64,000 nt of DNA, from NCBI GenBank assembly GCA_964536485.1, contig CAZHXX010000001.1, forward strand, positions 21,643 through 85,642. Direction: 5' to 3'. Within the stretch, counting starts at the first letter, position 1, and the number at the start of each line of letters is the position of its first letter. The DNA is from an uncultured Candidatus Saccharibacteria bacterium (GTDB taxonomy: Bacteria > Patescibacteriota > Saccharimonadia > Saccharimonadales > SZUA-47). The notes beneath the pieces are model-generated. The model did not search any database and was not told where the DNA came from. It saw nothing but the letters and a program-made list of their open reading frames with translations. Of the stretch, positions 23,508 to 31,968 are shown piece after piece. A program made the translations under genes and the position numbers.

Positions 23508-24155
23508 ATGGCTTATACCACAATTTTGTTTGATGTAGACGGAACGCTGTGCGACCCAGGCGAGTCAATGTTAGAGTGCGCTCGTTACGCGCTGAGTAAA
23601 TGTGGTGTTACCGAAACAGACAACTCCCGTCTTCAACGACTTATCGGCCCACCGCTCGAACATGCTTTTATGGACTATTACGGCTTTTCTGAATCGCTAG
23701 CTGTTGAGGCAACTGGCTACTTTCGCGACATGATGAAGCGTGACGGAATAGCCCTCTACAAGGCATACCCTGGCATAGCCGAGTTACTCGATGAACTGCA
23801 AAAGTCCGGCAAACAACTTGCCGTTGTGACATCAAAGCTCAACACAATCGCAAACGAGACGCTAGCTAAAACGAATCTTCTTAATTACTTTGTGTTTATA
23901 AGCGCTCAACAACCCGAAGTGGTCGTAAAGAAAGAGGCAATTCTCAGGGATGCCCTCACCCACTTACACACAACCGACATGTCTCATGCGGTAATGATAG
24001 GAGACAGAAAGCACGATGTTGAAGCTGCTAAAGCACTCGGGATTGATTCTATTGGCGTACTGTGGGGGTACGGCGATAAAGCAGAACTACAGGATGAAGG
24101 TGCGACACATATAGTCGCAACAATGGATGAATTACGAAAGCTTGTTTTAGGCTAA
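23508..24155 (+). CDS. HAD-superfamily phosphatase (phosphoglycolate-phosphatase-like)
   Basis: FDVDGTL motif I, VVTSK motif II, GDRKHD motif IV. Confidence 0.8.
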   Translation: MAYTTILFDVDGTLCDPGESMLECARYALSKCGVTETDNSRLQRLIGPPLEHAFMDYYGFSESLAVEATGYFRDMMKRDGIALYKAYPGIAELLDELQKSGKQLAVVTSKLNTIANETLAKTNLLNYFVFISAQQPEVVVKKEAILRDALTHLHTTDMSHAVMIGDRKHDVEAAKALGIDSIGVLWGYGDKAELQDEGATHIVATMDELRKLVLG

Positions 24156-24216
24156 AAGACATTTTTGCAGTTTTATAAGCGTGCTATACTTCTGCTATAA
24201 AAGTGGGCTTCTATTT

Positions 24217-25071
24217 ATGAAAACGTTTAAAAAAAATAATCAACATGGATTCACTCATATTATTCTCCTTGTGTTGTTAGTTGTGGTGGTAGTTGTAGGC
24301 TTTCTAGCTTTTAGACAAGTAAGAGAAAAAACTGGGCTTTTCGTAAAAGTTGACGTTAATAACCCACCTAAGTTTATCCAGGCTGACTTCATTGATCTTT
24401 CAAAGATCTACAGTATTTCTAAATTTCGGTCTGGTGAAGGACACGACTTTTCTGGCAACGGCGAGACATGTCGCAGTATGAAGCACTATTTTACGCCACA
24501 GATTGATGTAACTATTAAGCCAGAGAAGGATGCCGATGGCCGAAGCCTGCCACCAAAGCCTGATGGTACCCATGATATAGATATATTTAGCCCAGTAGAT
24601 GGAAAAATTACAGATATTATCTCAGAAAGAGTACCTATTGGTGAGCAAATTTACATTGAACCAACCAATGCTAAAGATTTTACTATTCGTTTATTCCATA
24701 TTTATAAAGTGGATGGAATAGAAAAAGGTACTACAGTTAAAGCTGGTCAAAAAATAGGTGTCATAAGTGGCTATTCGGCAACCGATATCTCAGTTGAGGG
24801 CGGCAAATATCAGTTTGTTTCGTACTTCCAGGTAATGCCTGACGATTTATTTGTAAATTACCAGAAACGTGGAGTTAATACTCGCGATGATGTAATTATC
24901 TCTAAAGAATATAGAGATGCCCACCCAATTCCTTGCAATCAAGATGACAAGGGTGACCAAGCGTTCTATTACCCTAGTGGATACGATCACGAAGCTGACA
25001 GTATTTATTTGTCCGGCTATATAAAGCCCGACTATAAAAAGGCACAAGAAGGTCAGCACAACCTTAACTAA
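24217..25071 (+). CDS. membrane-anchored M23/LytM-like domain protein (possibly non-catalytic)
   Basis: Start moved to MKTFKKNN followed by a TM helix. GEGHDFSG, SPVDGKITDI and VKAGQKIGVISG resemble M23 motifs, but the terminal HxH is absent. Confidence 0.45.
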   Translation: MKTFKKNNQHGFTHIILLVLLVVVVVVGFLAFRQVREKTGLFVKVDVNNPPKFIQADFIDLSKIYSISKFRSGEGHDFSGNGETCRSMKHYFTPQIDVTIKPEKDADGRSLPPKPDGTHDIDIFSPVDGKITDIISERVPIGEQIYIEPTNAKDFTIRLFHIYKVDGIEKGTTVKAGQKIGVISGYSATDISVEGGKYQFVSYFQVMPDDLFVNYQKRGVNTRDDVIISKEYRDAHPIPCNQDDKGDQAFYYPSGYDHEADSIYLSGYIKPDYKKAQEGQHNLN

Positions 25072-25110
25072 AAACGTGAGGTCTATTTTGGTATAGCGGA
25101 TTTTTAAAGT

Positions 25111-25125
25111 TGCTATACTTAAAGT
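25111..25125 (+). promoter_or_regulatory. extended -10 (TGcTATACT) placed 6 nt before ATG 25126
   Basis: Sequence tgctatact-taaagt-ATG. Confidence 0.55.
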
Positions 25126-25335
25126 ATGCAAAAAATAGCTACACGAGTATTTATTTACGCTTCTGTCGGATTTGGGCTTACCGGGATAACACTCATTCTT
25201 ACCGCACCTGGACCAGACACGCCTGACACTGACTTAAACGAATTCCTCATAAAACTTCTTTTTGTGCACGTATTCATCATCTTGCCCTCATTTGCATTAA
25301 GTATTGCTGGCAAATACCTAAGTGGTAAGTCTTAA
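25126..25335 (+). CDS. small two-TM membrane protein (69 aa)
   Basis: Leaderless-type promoter and two hydrophobic helices. Confidence 0.5.
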   Translation: MQKIATRVFIYASVGFGLTGITLILTAPGPDTPDTDLNEFLIKLLFVHVFIILPSFALSIAGKYLSGKS

Positions 25336-25350
25336 AACAGTATTAGCTCA

Positions 25351-25773
25351 ATGAAATACTGGATTAACGTTGTAAGCAAAGATCATGTCATGCGCGGTGT
25401 GACAGGTGGTTTTACGCAAGCGAATCACGGAAAACCGTCTGCACTTCGAAAGATGCAAAAAGGTGATTTGATAGTTTTTTATTCTCCAAAAACTCAGTTT
25501 ATCGACGGTGAGCCACTTCAAGCTTTTACTGCGTTGTGTGAAGTCATTGACACAGAACCTTATCAAGCTGAAATGACCGTGGATTTTCATCCATGGCGCC
25601 GTAATGTGCGATTCGAGAAGACCAAAGACGTGCCCATAAAACCACTCATCCCACTACTTGAATTCATAGAGAATAAAGTCCAGTGGGGGTATAGATTTCG
25701 CTTTGGCGTGATTGAGATTGGTAAAACGGATTTTACTCTAATAAGAAAAAGTATGATCGACAGTAAAAAATGA
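25351..25773 (+). CDS. EVE (PUA-like) domain protein, second copy
   Basis: MKYWINVVSKDHV...GDLIVFYSPK... is the EVE pattern. Ends with TGA. Confidence 0.8.
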   Translation: MKYWINVVSKDHVMRGVTGGFTQANHGKPSALRKMQKGDLIVFYSPKTQFIDGEPLQAFTALCEVIDTEPYQAEMTVDFHPWRRNVRFEKTKDVPIKPLIPLLEFIENKVQWGYRFRFGVIEIGKTDFTLIRKSMIDSKK

Positions 25774-25774
25774 C

Positions 25775-25789
25775 TGTTATTATAAATTC
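25775..25789 (+). promoter_or_regulatory. extended -10 (TGtTATTAT) placed 6 nt before ATG 25790
   Basis: Sequence tgttattat-aaattc-ATG. Confidence 0.5.
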
Positions 25790-26173
25790 ATGAGCTTGCT
25801 TCCTGATACAAAGCCAAAAGAAACAGTAGTTCAGCTTAACAAACTCCTTGCGAGTGGCGAAGACAGTGTTTTTGATAAAGCAGTAGCTGAGCGGTACTTT
25901 GAAGCATTTAAAAATATTTTTAATGATTTTTTAATAATTGCAGAACAAGTCCAATCCTCAACACTACTCTTACCCTACTTTGAAGAGTTGTGTGAGCTAA
26001 ACTATTTGTATGCTTTTCAGATAAAATTCAGGCACCCTCTTCCCGAGGAACTAGAGCAAATCGCCTATGATTTTGATAATCCAGAATACCCCGGAGTGAA
26101 GTATAATGGGATACTATTATGGCTAATGGCTACAAACTTCAGAACAAAAGTTAACTACTTTAAGTGCTACTAA
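25790..26173 (+). CDS. hypothetical protein (127 aa)
   Basis: ORF with a leaderless-type promoter. No family recognised. Confidence 0.5.
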   Translation: MSLLPDTKPKETVVQLNKLLASGEDSVFDKAVAERYFEAFKNIFNDFLIIAEQVQSSTLLLPYFEELCELNYLYAFQIKFRHPLPEELEQIAYDFDNPEYPGVKYNGILLWLMATNFRTKVNYFKCY

Positions 26174-26275
26174 AATACATGAGAAGAAAGAAAAATTAAC
26201 TACAGCTGTTTTGATAAAAACAGACTTATGCTTATACTGTAATCATAGGCTAAAAAACTTTAAGAGGGCGCAATA

Positions 26276-28096
26276 ATGAAAATAAAAGGTGGAGCAGTTT
26301 CACGTTTCTTAACAAGTATCTTATTGAGTTTTGTAATTGTTGCAGTTCAGGCAATGCCTGCTCATGCAACACCCATACCAACAGAGACTATTTACGAAGG
26401 AACCTTGGCAGAATCTAGTGAATCATGCGGGGATTCTAATTGCAAAGTGCAGGGCGATGATGATGTTTCTACTCCTATTGACATCGGTTTTGATTTTGAC
26501 TTTTTTGGGCATACCTTCTCGCAAACACAGATGAACATAAATGGTGTCCTGCACTTTGGCTGTGCATCAAGTGACTATTCGAACACCGAACTGCCTACAA
26601 ACTTTGATGGTTCCTGTGATCTAGAAGGATCTGACGAAACACTACCATTCGCAATTCTCGCATTCTGGGACGACATTATTACGGCACCAAAAGGGTTGTA
26701 TTGTACCGATGACCCTGCACCGGCTGAAGGCGAAGAATGCTCTGACTGGGACTGGGATAGCAGTTACCCTACGCTTCTTTACAAAACTATTGGCACTCCT
26801 GGAAGCAGAAAGTTTATTGCACAGTGGACAAACATGTACCTCTATAGCAACCCAAATATTCCACTTGGAACATTCCAGGTAATTCTCTACGAAGGGTCTA
26901 ACGAGTTCCAGATTCAGTATCGTAACCTACTTGGGGACCCAGATCGGTCTTCTGGGTCTGATGCGACAATTGGCGTTCAGATGAACGCTTCTAATACCTA
27001 TCAGTACTCTTTTGAGGGCAACAATCCGATTCATGCAGGCATGGCTATACGCTATACCCTAGGCGAAGGCTACATGACTAACGACGAAGCAAGCTACGAT
27101 CCTGTCTACCTTGCAATGCCAGGTGCACCAACTCGACCCGAACTCACCTACCCAGAGAATGAAAGTGACGATGTGGAACGTCTGCCTAACTTTGAGTGGG
27201 ACGAAGTAACAAATCCTGACACTTATACGTTAACAATAGCAACTGACAGTAACATGGCTGATGTCGTACAGCAGACAACAGACATAGAAGAGACATCATT
27301 CCAACAAGTAACAGAACTTGATGAAAACACCACCTACTACTGGACAGTAAAAGCGGTGAACGAAGTTGGTGAGGAGACATCTGAAGTTCATTCGTTTACA
27401 ACCGGTACGCACGAATCTGTAGAACCCGAGGAAGACACCCCTTCAGAAGACGAAGATGATGATGACGGTGTAGACATGAGCGTTGAGCAAGAGGCACCAA
27501 ACGACGGAGACGCAAACGATGATGGTACACCTGACAGTCAGCAACCTAAAGTAACGGCTATAAAAAGCACAGTTAGCAATGACTACGTTGTATTAGAGTC
27601 AAGTTCTTGCACGGCAAACACCGCAGTGAGCATAGACAAAGAAACAACAGTTGATACGCAAGACGATGACAGTTACCAATACCCTGCAGGCCTTTTGAAC
27701 TTTACCCTTACTGGGTGTAGCGTTGGAGGCAACGAAACAATCACGCAGTACTACTATGGTGACTACGACATTTCTAAGCTGGCACTTCGAAAATACAACA
27801 GCACAACCCACACCTATACCACCATCAATAATGCAGTCCTCTCGCAAGTGACCATTGGCGGGAAGAAGGCAGTGAAAGCCGTTTACACCGTAACAGACGG
27901 GGGCATATTAGACGCAGACGGAACAGCAAACGGTACTATTGTCGACCCTGCTGGACTTGGGGTTATCGCTGTCACTGCACCAAATACTGGTCTTGCGCAA
28001 GCGACAACTCCTGTAAGCTACTTGTTGCTTATGAGTGGTGGCTTAGTGGTTTGGATGAGCTACGATGACAAAAAAAGCTACGCTAAGAAAAAATAG
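26276..28096 (+). CDS. secreted, sortase-anchored surface protein (NIDO-like domain, Fn3-like domain, acidic linker, C-terminal beta module)
   Basis: Signal peptide. FAILAFWDDI...AQWTNMY...FQVILYEG is NIDO-like. An Fn3-like segment is followed by a D/E-rich linker and a DGGILDADGTANGTIVDPAG module. The C-terminal sorting signal is APNTG (27977-27991) followed by a TM helix and a KK-rich tail. Confidence 0.8.
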   Translation: MKIKGGAVSRFLTSILLSFVIVAVQAMPAHATPIPTETIYEGTLAESSESCGDSNCKVQGDDDVSTPIDIGFDFDFFGHTFSQTQMNINGVLHFGCASSDYSNTELPTNFDGSCDLEGSDETLPFAILAFWDDIITAPKGLYCTDDPAPAEGEECSDWDWDSSYPTLLYKTIGTPGSRKFIAQWTNMYLYSNPNIPLGTFQVILYEGSNEFQIQYRNLLGDPDRSSGSDATIGVQMNASNTYQYSFEGNNPIHAGMAIRYTLGEGYMTNDEASYDPVYLAMPGAPTRPELTYPENESDDVERLPNFEWDEVTNPDTYTLTIATDSNMADVVQQTTDIEETSFQQVTELDENTTYYWTVKAVNEVGEETSEVHSFTTGTHESVEPEEDTPSEDEDDDDGVDMSVEQEAPNDGDANDDGTPDSQQPKVTAIKSTVSNDYVVLESSSCTANTAVSIDKETTVDTQDDDSYQYPAGLLNFTLTGCSVGGNETITQYYYGDYDISKLALRKYNSTTHTYTTINNAVLSQVTIGGKKAVKAVYTVTDGGILDADGTANGTIVDPAGLGVIAVTAPNTGLAQATTPVSYLLLMSGGLVVWMSYDDKKSYAKKK

Positions 28097-28745
28097 TCCA
28101 GTCATTCCCCTGCTATCGTTGCCGTTTGGTCGAGCACTTGGTGTTGTCATGATTGTTGCTGGGTGTCTTATGCTTATGGGTGGCGACAAGCCAGTCCCCT
28201 TTTCTTTGCCAAATTCAGATGAATCTCTTTCTGTCTACGTGGATACTCCTAGCGAAGTAAAGCCAACACCCGAACAAGAGCAGTCCTACAAAGTAAGCGC
28301 TAGAGAACCAAGAACGATAGACATTCCCTCTATTAGTAGTCATGGCCTTATCCAAAAAGTAGGGATTTTGGCCGATGCTACTATGGCAGTGCCGGGTAAT
28401 GTACACTTTGCAGGCTGGTACACTTCCAGCTCACTTCCTGGTGAGCCGGGCGTAAGTATTTTAGATGGCCATGTGTCTGGCAAAAAGTCTGATGGAATTT
28501 TTAGGCACCTGGACGCTCTCAATGAGGGTGACCGATTTACTGTAGAATATGGTGACATGTCTAAAAAAGAATTTGAGGTGAAATCTGTAAAGACTATGGA
28601 TGAGGCAGATGCCACAGGGTATCTATTTGAAGCAGACCCTGCAATAACCTCCCAACTAAATCTCATTACCTGCGGAGGAACTTACGACAGAAAACAACAG
28701 ACCTATACGAAGCGAACAATAGTTGTCAGTTCCCTAGTTAACTAA
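28065..28745 (+). CDS. sortase (class-F-like)
   Basis: N-terminal TM helix, then AGWY, ILDGHV and LNLITCGG (catalytic Cys). Overlaps the substrate gene by 32 nt. Confidence 0.85.
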   Translation: MTKKATLRKNSPVIPLLSLPFGRALGVVMIVAGCLMLMGGDKPVPFSLPNSDESLSVYVDTPSEVKPTPEQEQSYKVSAREPRTIDIPSISSHGLIQKVGILADATMAVPGNVHFAGWYTSSSLPGEPGVSILDGHVSGKKSDGIFRHLDALNEGDRFTVEYGDMSKKEFEVKSVKTMDEADATGYLFEADPAITSQLNLITCGGTYDRKQQTYTKRTIVVSSLVN

Positions 28746-28835
28746 GTTGCAGGCTGGGACTTTGTTTTAGCCGATGTGTCGCTATATTAGTAAAAGTGTA
28801 GTAAGCTGTTGTTAACAACCATAAGCACTATAGAT

Positions 28836-30224
28836 ATGACAAAAAAACTGAGCGGATTCGCAAAGACTGAACGTCGCCTGAGCAGAAAAATCAGCAAAAC
28901 TGAAAAGCAGGTGTACAACCTTGGTAAAGGAGTGCTTAATCACAAAAGATTTAACCGCTTTTTGCGTGTTTTAGGCCCTGGACTTGTTACTGGTGCGGCG
29001 GATGACGATCCGTCAGGCATTGCCACCTACTCACAAGCTGGTGCTAGCTTTGGGCTCGGTCTGCTGTGGGCATTCCCTCTGATGTACCCACTCCTTCTCG
29101 CTGTGCAGGAGAGTTGCGCGCGCATTGGCGCTATTACCGGGAAGGGGCTCGCTGCCGTCATAAAAGAAAACTACAGTAAAAAACTCCTCTATGCATCGGT
29201 ATTCCTGGTGGTAGTTGCGAATACTATCAATATAGGTGCCGACCTCGGCGCTATGGCAGCAACCACACAACTTTTCTTCGATATCCCTTTTGCACTACTT
29301 GTCTTCTTTTACGCTTTTATTATCATTTTGTTAGTAATATTTGTGCGCTACAAATCGTACGCAAAAATACTAAAATGGCTGGCGCTCACATTGCTTGCCT
29401 ATCCGATCACTGCACTACTCGTAGACCAAGACTGGTCAACGATCGCTAAGAGCACCTTCACACAAACAGCCCATCTAAATTTTGAGACTATCTATATTTT
29501 TGTGGGCATGCTTGGTACCACCATCTCACCTTACCTCTTTTTCTGGGATACTTCTGAGCAAGTTGAGGAAGAGGTCGCGAAGCATAATCTTAAAAAAATT
29601 GGTGAAGACCCAAAAAGTACCAAAAGATTCTTGCATAATTTACGTGTCGATAATTTTGTTGGCATGACGCTTGCCAGCGTAACGGCGTGGTTTATCGTTA
29701 TTGCCTGTGCTGCTACCTTAAACCGCAGTGGTATCACCGAGATAAACACTGCAGCGGACGCTGCGCGTGCACTAGAACCGCTTGTGAATGGCTTCCCGAA
29801 TGCAGGGCTTATTGCAAAGCTAATTTTTTCGGTTGGGATAATAGGCCTCGGGCTTTTGGCGGTACCGGTTCTTGCAGGTTCATCGTCTTATGCAATTAGC
29901 GAAACATTTGGATGGAAAGAAGGCCTGTACCGACGCTTTAAGCGCGCTCTTGGCTTTTATGTCGTTATCATCCTAGCGACGGTTGCTGGTGTGGGAATAA
30001 ACTTCTTAGGAATCGACCCAATAAAAGCACTCGTTTTCACCGCCGTCTTTAACGGGATTGCTGCCGTTCCGCTTCTTGTACTCATTGCACGCGTTGGAAA
30101 CAATGCAAAAATTATGGGAACATACAAAAATAACAGAATCTCCAACACCATGATACGCATTGCCATTGTGCTCATGAGCATTGCAATACTTCTTCTGTTC
30201 TACTCGTTTATTCGAGGTGTATAA
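28836..30224 (+). CDS. mntH: NRAMP-family divalent metal transporter
   Basis: GPGLVTGAADDDPSGIATYSQAGA followed by about 11 TM helices. Start moved to ATG 28836. Confidence 0.85.
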   Translation: MTKKLSGFAKTERRLSRKISKTEKQVYNLGKGVLNHKRFNRFLRVLGPGLVTGAADDDPSGIATYSQAGASFGLGLLWAFPLMYPLLLAVQESCARIGAITGKGLAAVIKENYSKKLLYASVFLVVVANTINIGADLGAMAATTQLFFDIPFALLVFFYAFIIILLVIFVRYKSYAKILKWLALTLLAYPITALLVDQDWSTIAKSTFTQTAHLNFETIYIFVGMLGTTISPYLFFWDTSEQVEEEVAKHNLKKIGEDPKSTKRFLHNLRVDNFVGMTLASVTAWFIVIACAATLNRSGITEINTAADAARALEPLVNGFPNAGLIAKLIFSVGIIGLGLLAVPVLAGSSSYAISETFGWKEGLYRRFKRALGFYVVIILATVAGVGINFLGIDPIKALVFTAVFNGIAAVPLLVLIARVGNNAKIMGTYKNNRISNTMIRIAIVLMSIAILLLFYSFIRGV

Positions 30225-30246
30225 ACCGAATAGGTCTTGCGTGCTC

Positions 30247-30258
30247 TATACTGTAGGT
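30247..30258 (+). promoter_or_regulatory. -10 box TATACT placed 6 nt before ATG 30259
   Basis: Sequence tatact-gtaggt-ATG. Confidence 0.45.
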
Positions 30259-31302
30259 ATGGGCCATCACAAAAATCATGACACACAGCAAGCAAAAAGC
30301 CTGCTAAAAAAGCGCTGGACAGAGTGGATACCTCTCGCCATTGTGTTTGGCTTTATACTCATGCTCAGTTTTCTGACAATGAGCATTACACAGACCACTC
30401 AAAGAAACTTCCTCAGCTACAGCATGGGCTACTTTTTTCTGCTGTTTTCTTTATTTAAGCTCATCGATCTAAAAGCCTTTGTGGCGGGCTACCAGGAATA
30501 CGATATTCTTAGCAAAGCCTGGCCTTCGTGGGCATATTTTTACCCATTTTTGGAACTATGGCTTGGGGCGCTTTATTTATCTCGTAAGGATTCTCTGCTC
30601 ATCAATCTCATTACTATAGCAACATCACTTATTACCTGTCTCAGCGTTGGATTGTCGTTAAGAAAGAAGGAAGCGCTTCATTGTGTTTGCCTTGGCACGG
30701 TGCTTAAAGTTCCGCTGACCACAATTAGCTTCGCTGAATATGGGCTTATGGCTATCATGGCTGTTTTTATGATACTGAGCTCGCCTAAGACTTCTAGCCC
30801 GGTTTCTGCCCATCGTAATTACGACACTTATAGACAGCTTTACGGTGAAGCGTACGACAAAGCATATCTCCATGAAATGACAGAACATCATCAAGGTGCT
30901 TTGGATATGGCGGAGTTGGTCAGTACAAGAACTGCTCACCCACAACTTACTGAATTTGCAGCTTCTATTGATAAGGCACAGCGTAGCGAAATAGCGCAAA
31001 TGAACACCTGGCAACATGATTGGGGATATCATGAGGAACATATGCATGATGGCATGTCCATGCATGATCATATGGACCATATGACAAATGCGCTAAAAGA
31101 TTTAGAGGGCGATGACTTTGACAAGAGGTTTTTAGAGCTCATGATTGAGCACCATCAGGATGCTATTGATATGTCGGTGAGTGGCAGTTCAAATGCATCG
31201 CGAGACGAGCTCCGCAAACTCACTCGAGACATTGTAAGTGCTCAGACAAAAGAAATCGCTCAGATGCGCCAGTGGCAACATGACTGGGGATACATAGAGT
31301 AG
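30259..31302 (+). CDS. fusion of a MauE/DoxX-like membrane domain with two DUF305 (four-helix, His-rich) domains
   Basis: The N-terminal 4-5 TM segment (FSLFKLIDLKAF...FLELWLGALYL) is followed by two copies of D(K)xFLxxMxEHHQxAxDM. Confidence 0.7.
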   Translation: MGHHKNHDTQQAKSLLKKRWTEWIPLAIVFGFILMLSFLTMSITQTTQRNFLSYSMGYFFLLFSLFKLIDLKAFVAGYQEYDILSKAWPSWAYFYPFLELWLGALYLSRKDSLLINLITIATSLITCLSVGLSLRKKEALHCVCLGTVLKVPLTTISFAEYGLMAIMAVFMILSSPKTSSPVSAHRNYDTYRQLYGEAYDKAYLHEMTEHHQGALDMAELVSTRTAHPQLTEFAASIDKAQRSEIAQMNTWQHDWGYHEEHMHDGMSMHDHMDHMTNALKDLEGDDFDKRFLELMIEHHQDAIDMSVSGSSNASRDELRKLTRDIVSAQTKEIAQMRQWQHDWGYIE

Positions 31303-31515
31303 TTAACGGCTTCCATCATCGACACCATCGGGGCCAGTATCAAGTCCTCGCTCGGCACTGTCAGTAGCTTTTTGTACTTGGTTCGCTATACGGTCTTCAA
31401 GATCTGTGCCCGTGCGGTTGTACGCCATCCACGCCACAACAAGTGCTGCAACAGCAATTATAAAAGCAAGCCACGCAAGCCCACTTGCGCCTCTATATCG
31501 AACTTCGGTTTCCAT
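31303..31515 (-). CDS. small single-TM protein (70 aa)
   Basis: AAGGAG SD upstream and one TM helix (LAWLAFIIAVAALVVAWMAY). Confidence 0.55.
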   Translation of the reverse strand: METEVRYRGASGLAWLAFIIAVAALVVAWMAYNRTGTDLEDRIANQVQKATDSAERGLDTGPDGVDDGSR

Positions 31516-31595
31516 ACGTACTCCTTTATTTCTACAGTATGAATACTACTGCATAATCAGAAGTATATATGTAAGGAATATTACGAAGAAGCTCG

Positions 31596-31964
31596 CTACT
31601 TTTTCGCTGCTGCTTTCACTGTTTTCATAAATAATATGGTACTAAGAAGTAAAGCAGTTCCGCCCCCAACTCGCATCATGAGAAACGTCGTGTCGTAGTT
31701 TGAAGTGTCTTTAAGCATAATGCCAGAAAGCCCCGCTACGAAGGTAGCGGCTAATGATGCCCAGGCGAGAATCTTCCATGATTTTGGTGTTTTTAGTTGC
31801 ATTACCCTCACCGCAACGACTATACCCGCAATCCCAGCGAGCTGGCCACTGAGACGATGGATCATCCTCGGCCCCTCAGAGAGGTCATTCTTCAACATAA
31901 CACCGGCTAGTACTGCAATAAGGACTAAGAACCACTGTACCGATACGATTCTTTCAAGTTTCAT
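31596..31964 (-). CDS. four-TM membrane protein (122 aa)
   Basis: Starts 4 nt after the stop codon of the giant surface-protein gene, so it is probably co-transcribed. Confidence 0.55.
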   Translation of the reverse strand: MKLERIVSVQWFLVLIAVLAGVMLKNDLSEGPRMIHRLSGQLAGIAGIVVAVRVMQLKTPKSWKILAWASLAATFVAGLSGIMLKDTSNYDTTFLMMRVGGGTALLLSTILFMKTVKAAAKK

Positions 31965-31968
31965 TTTC

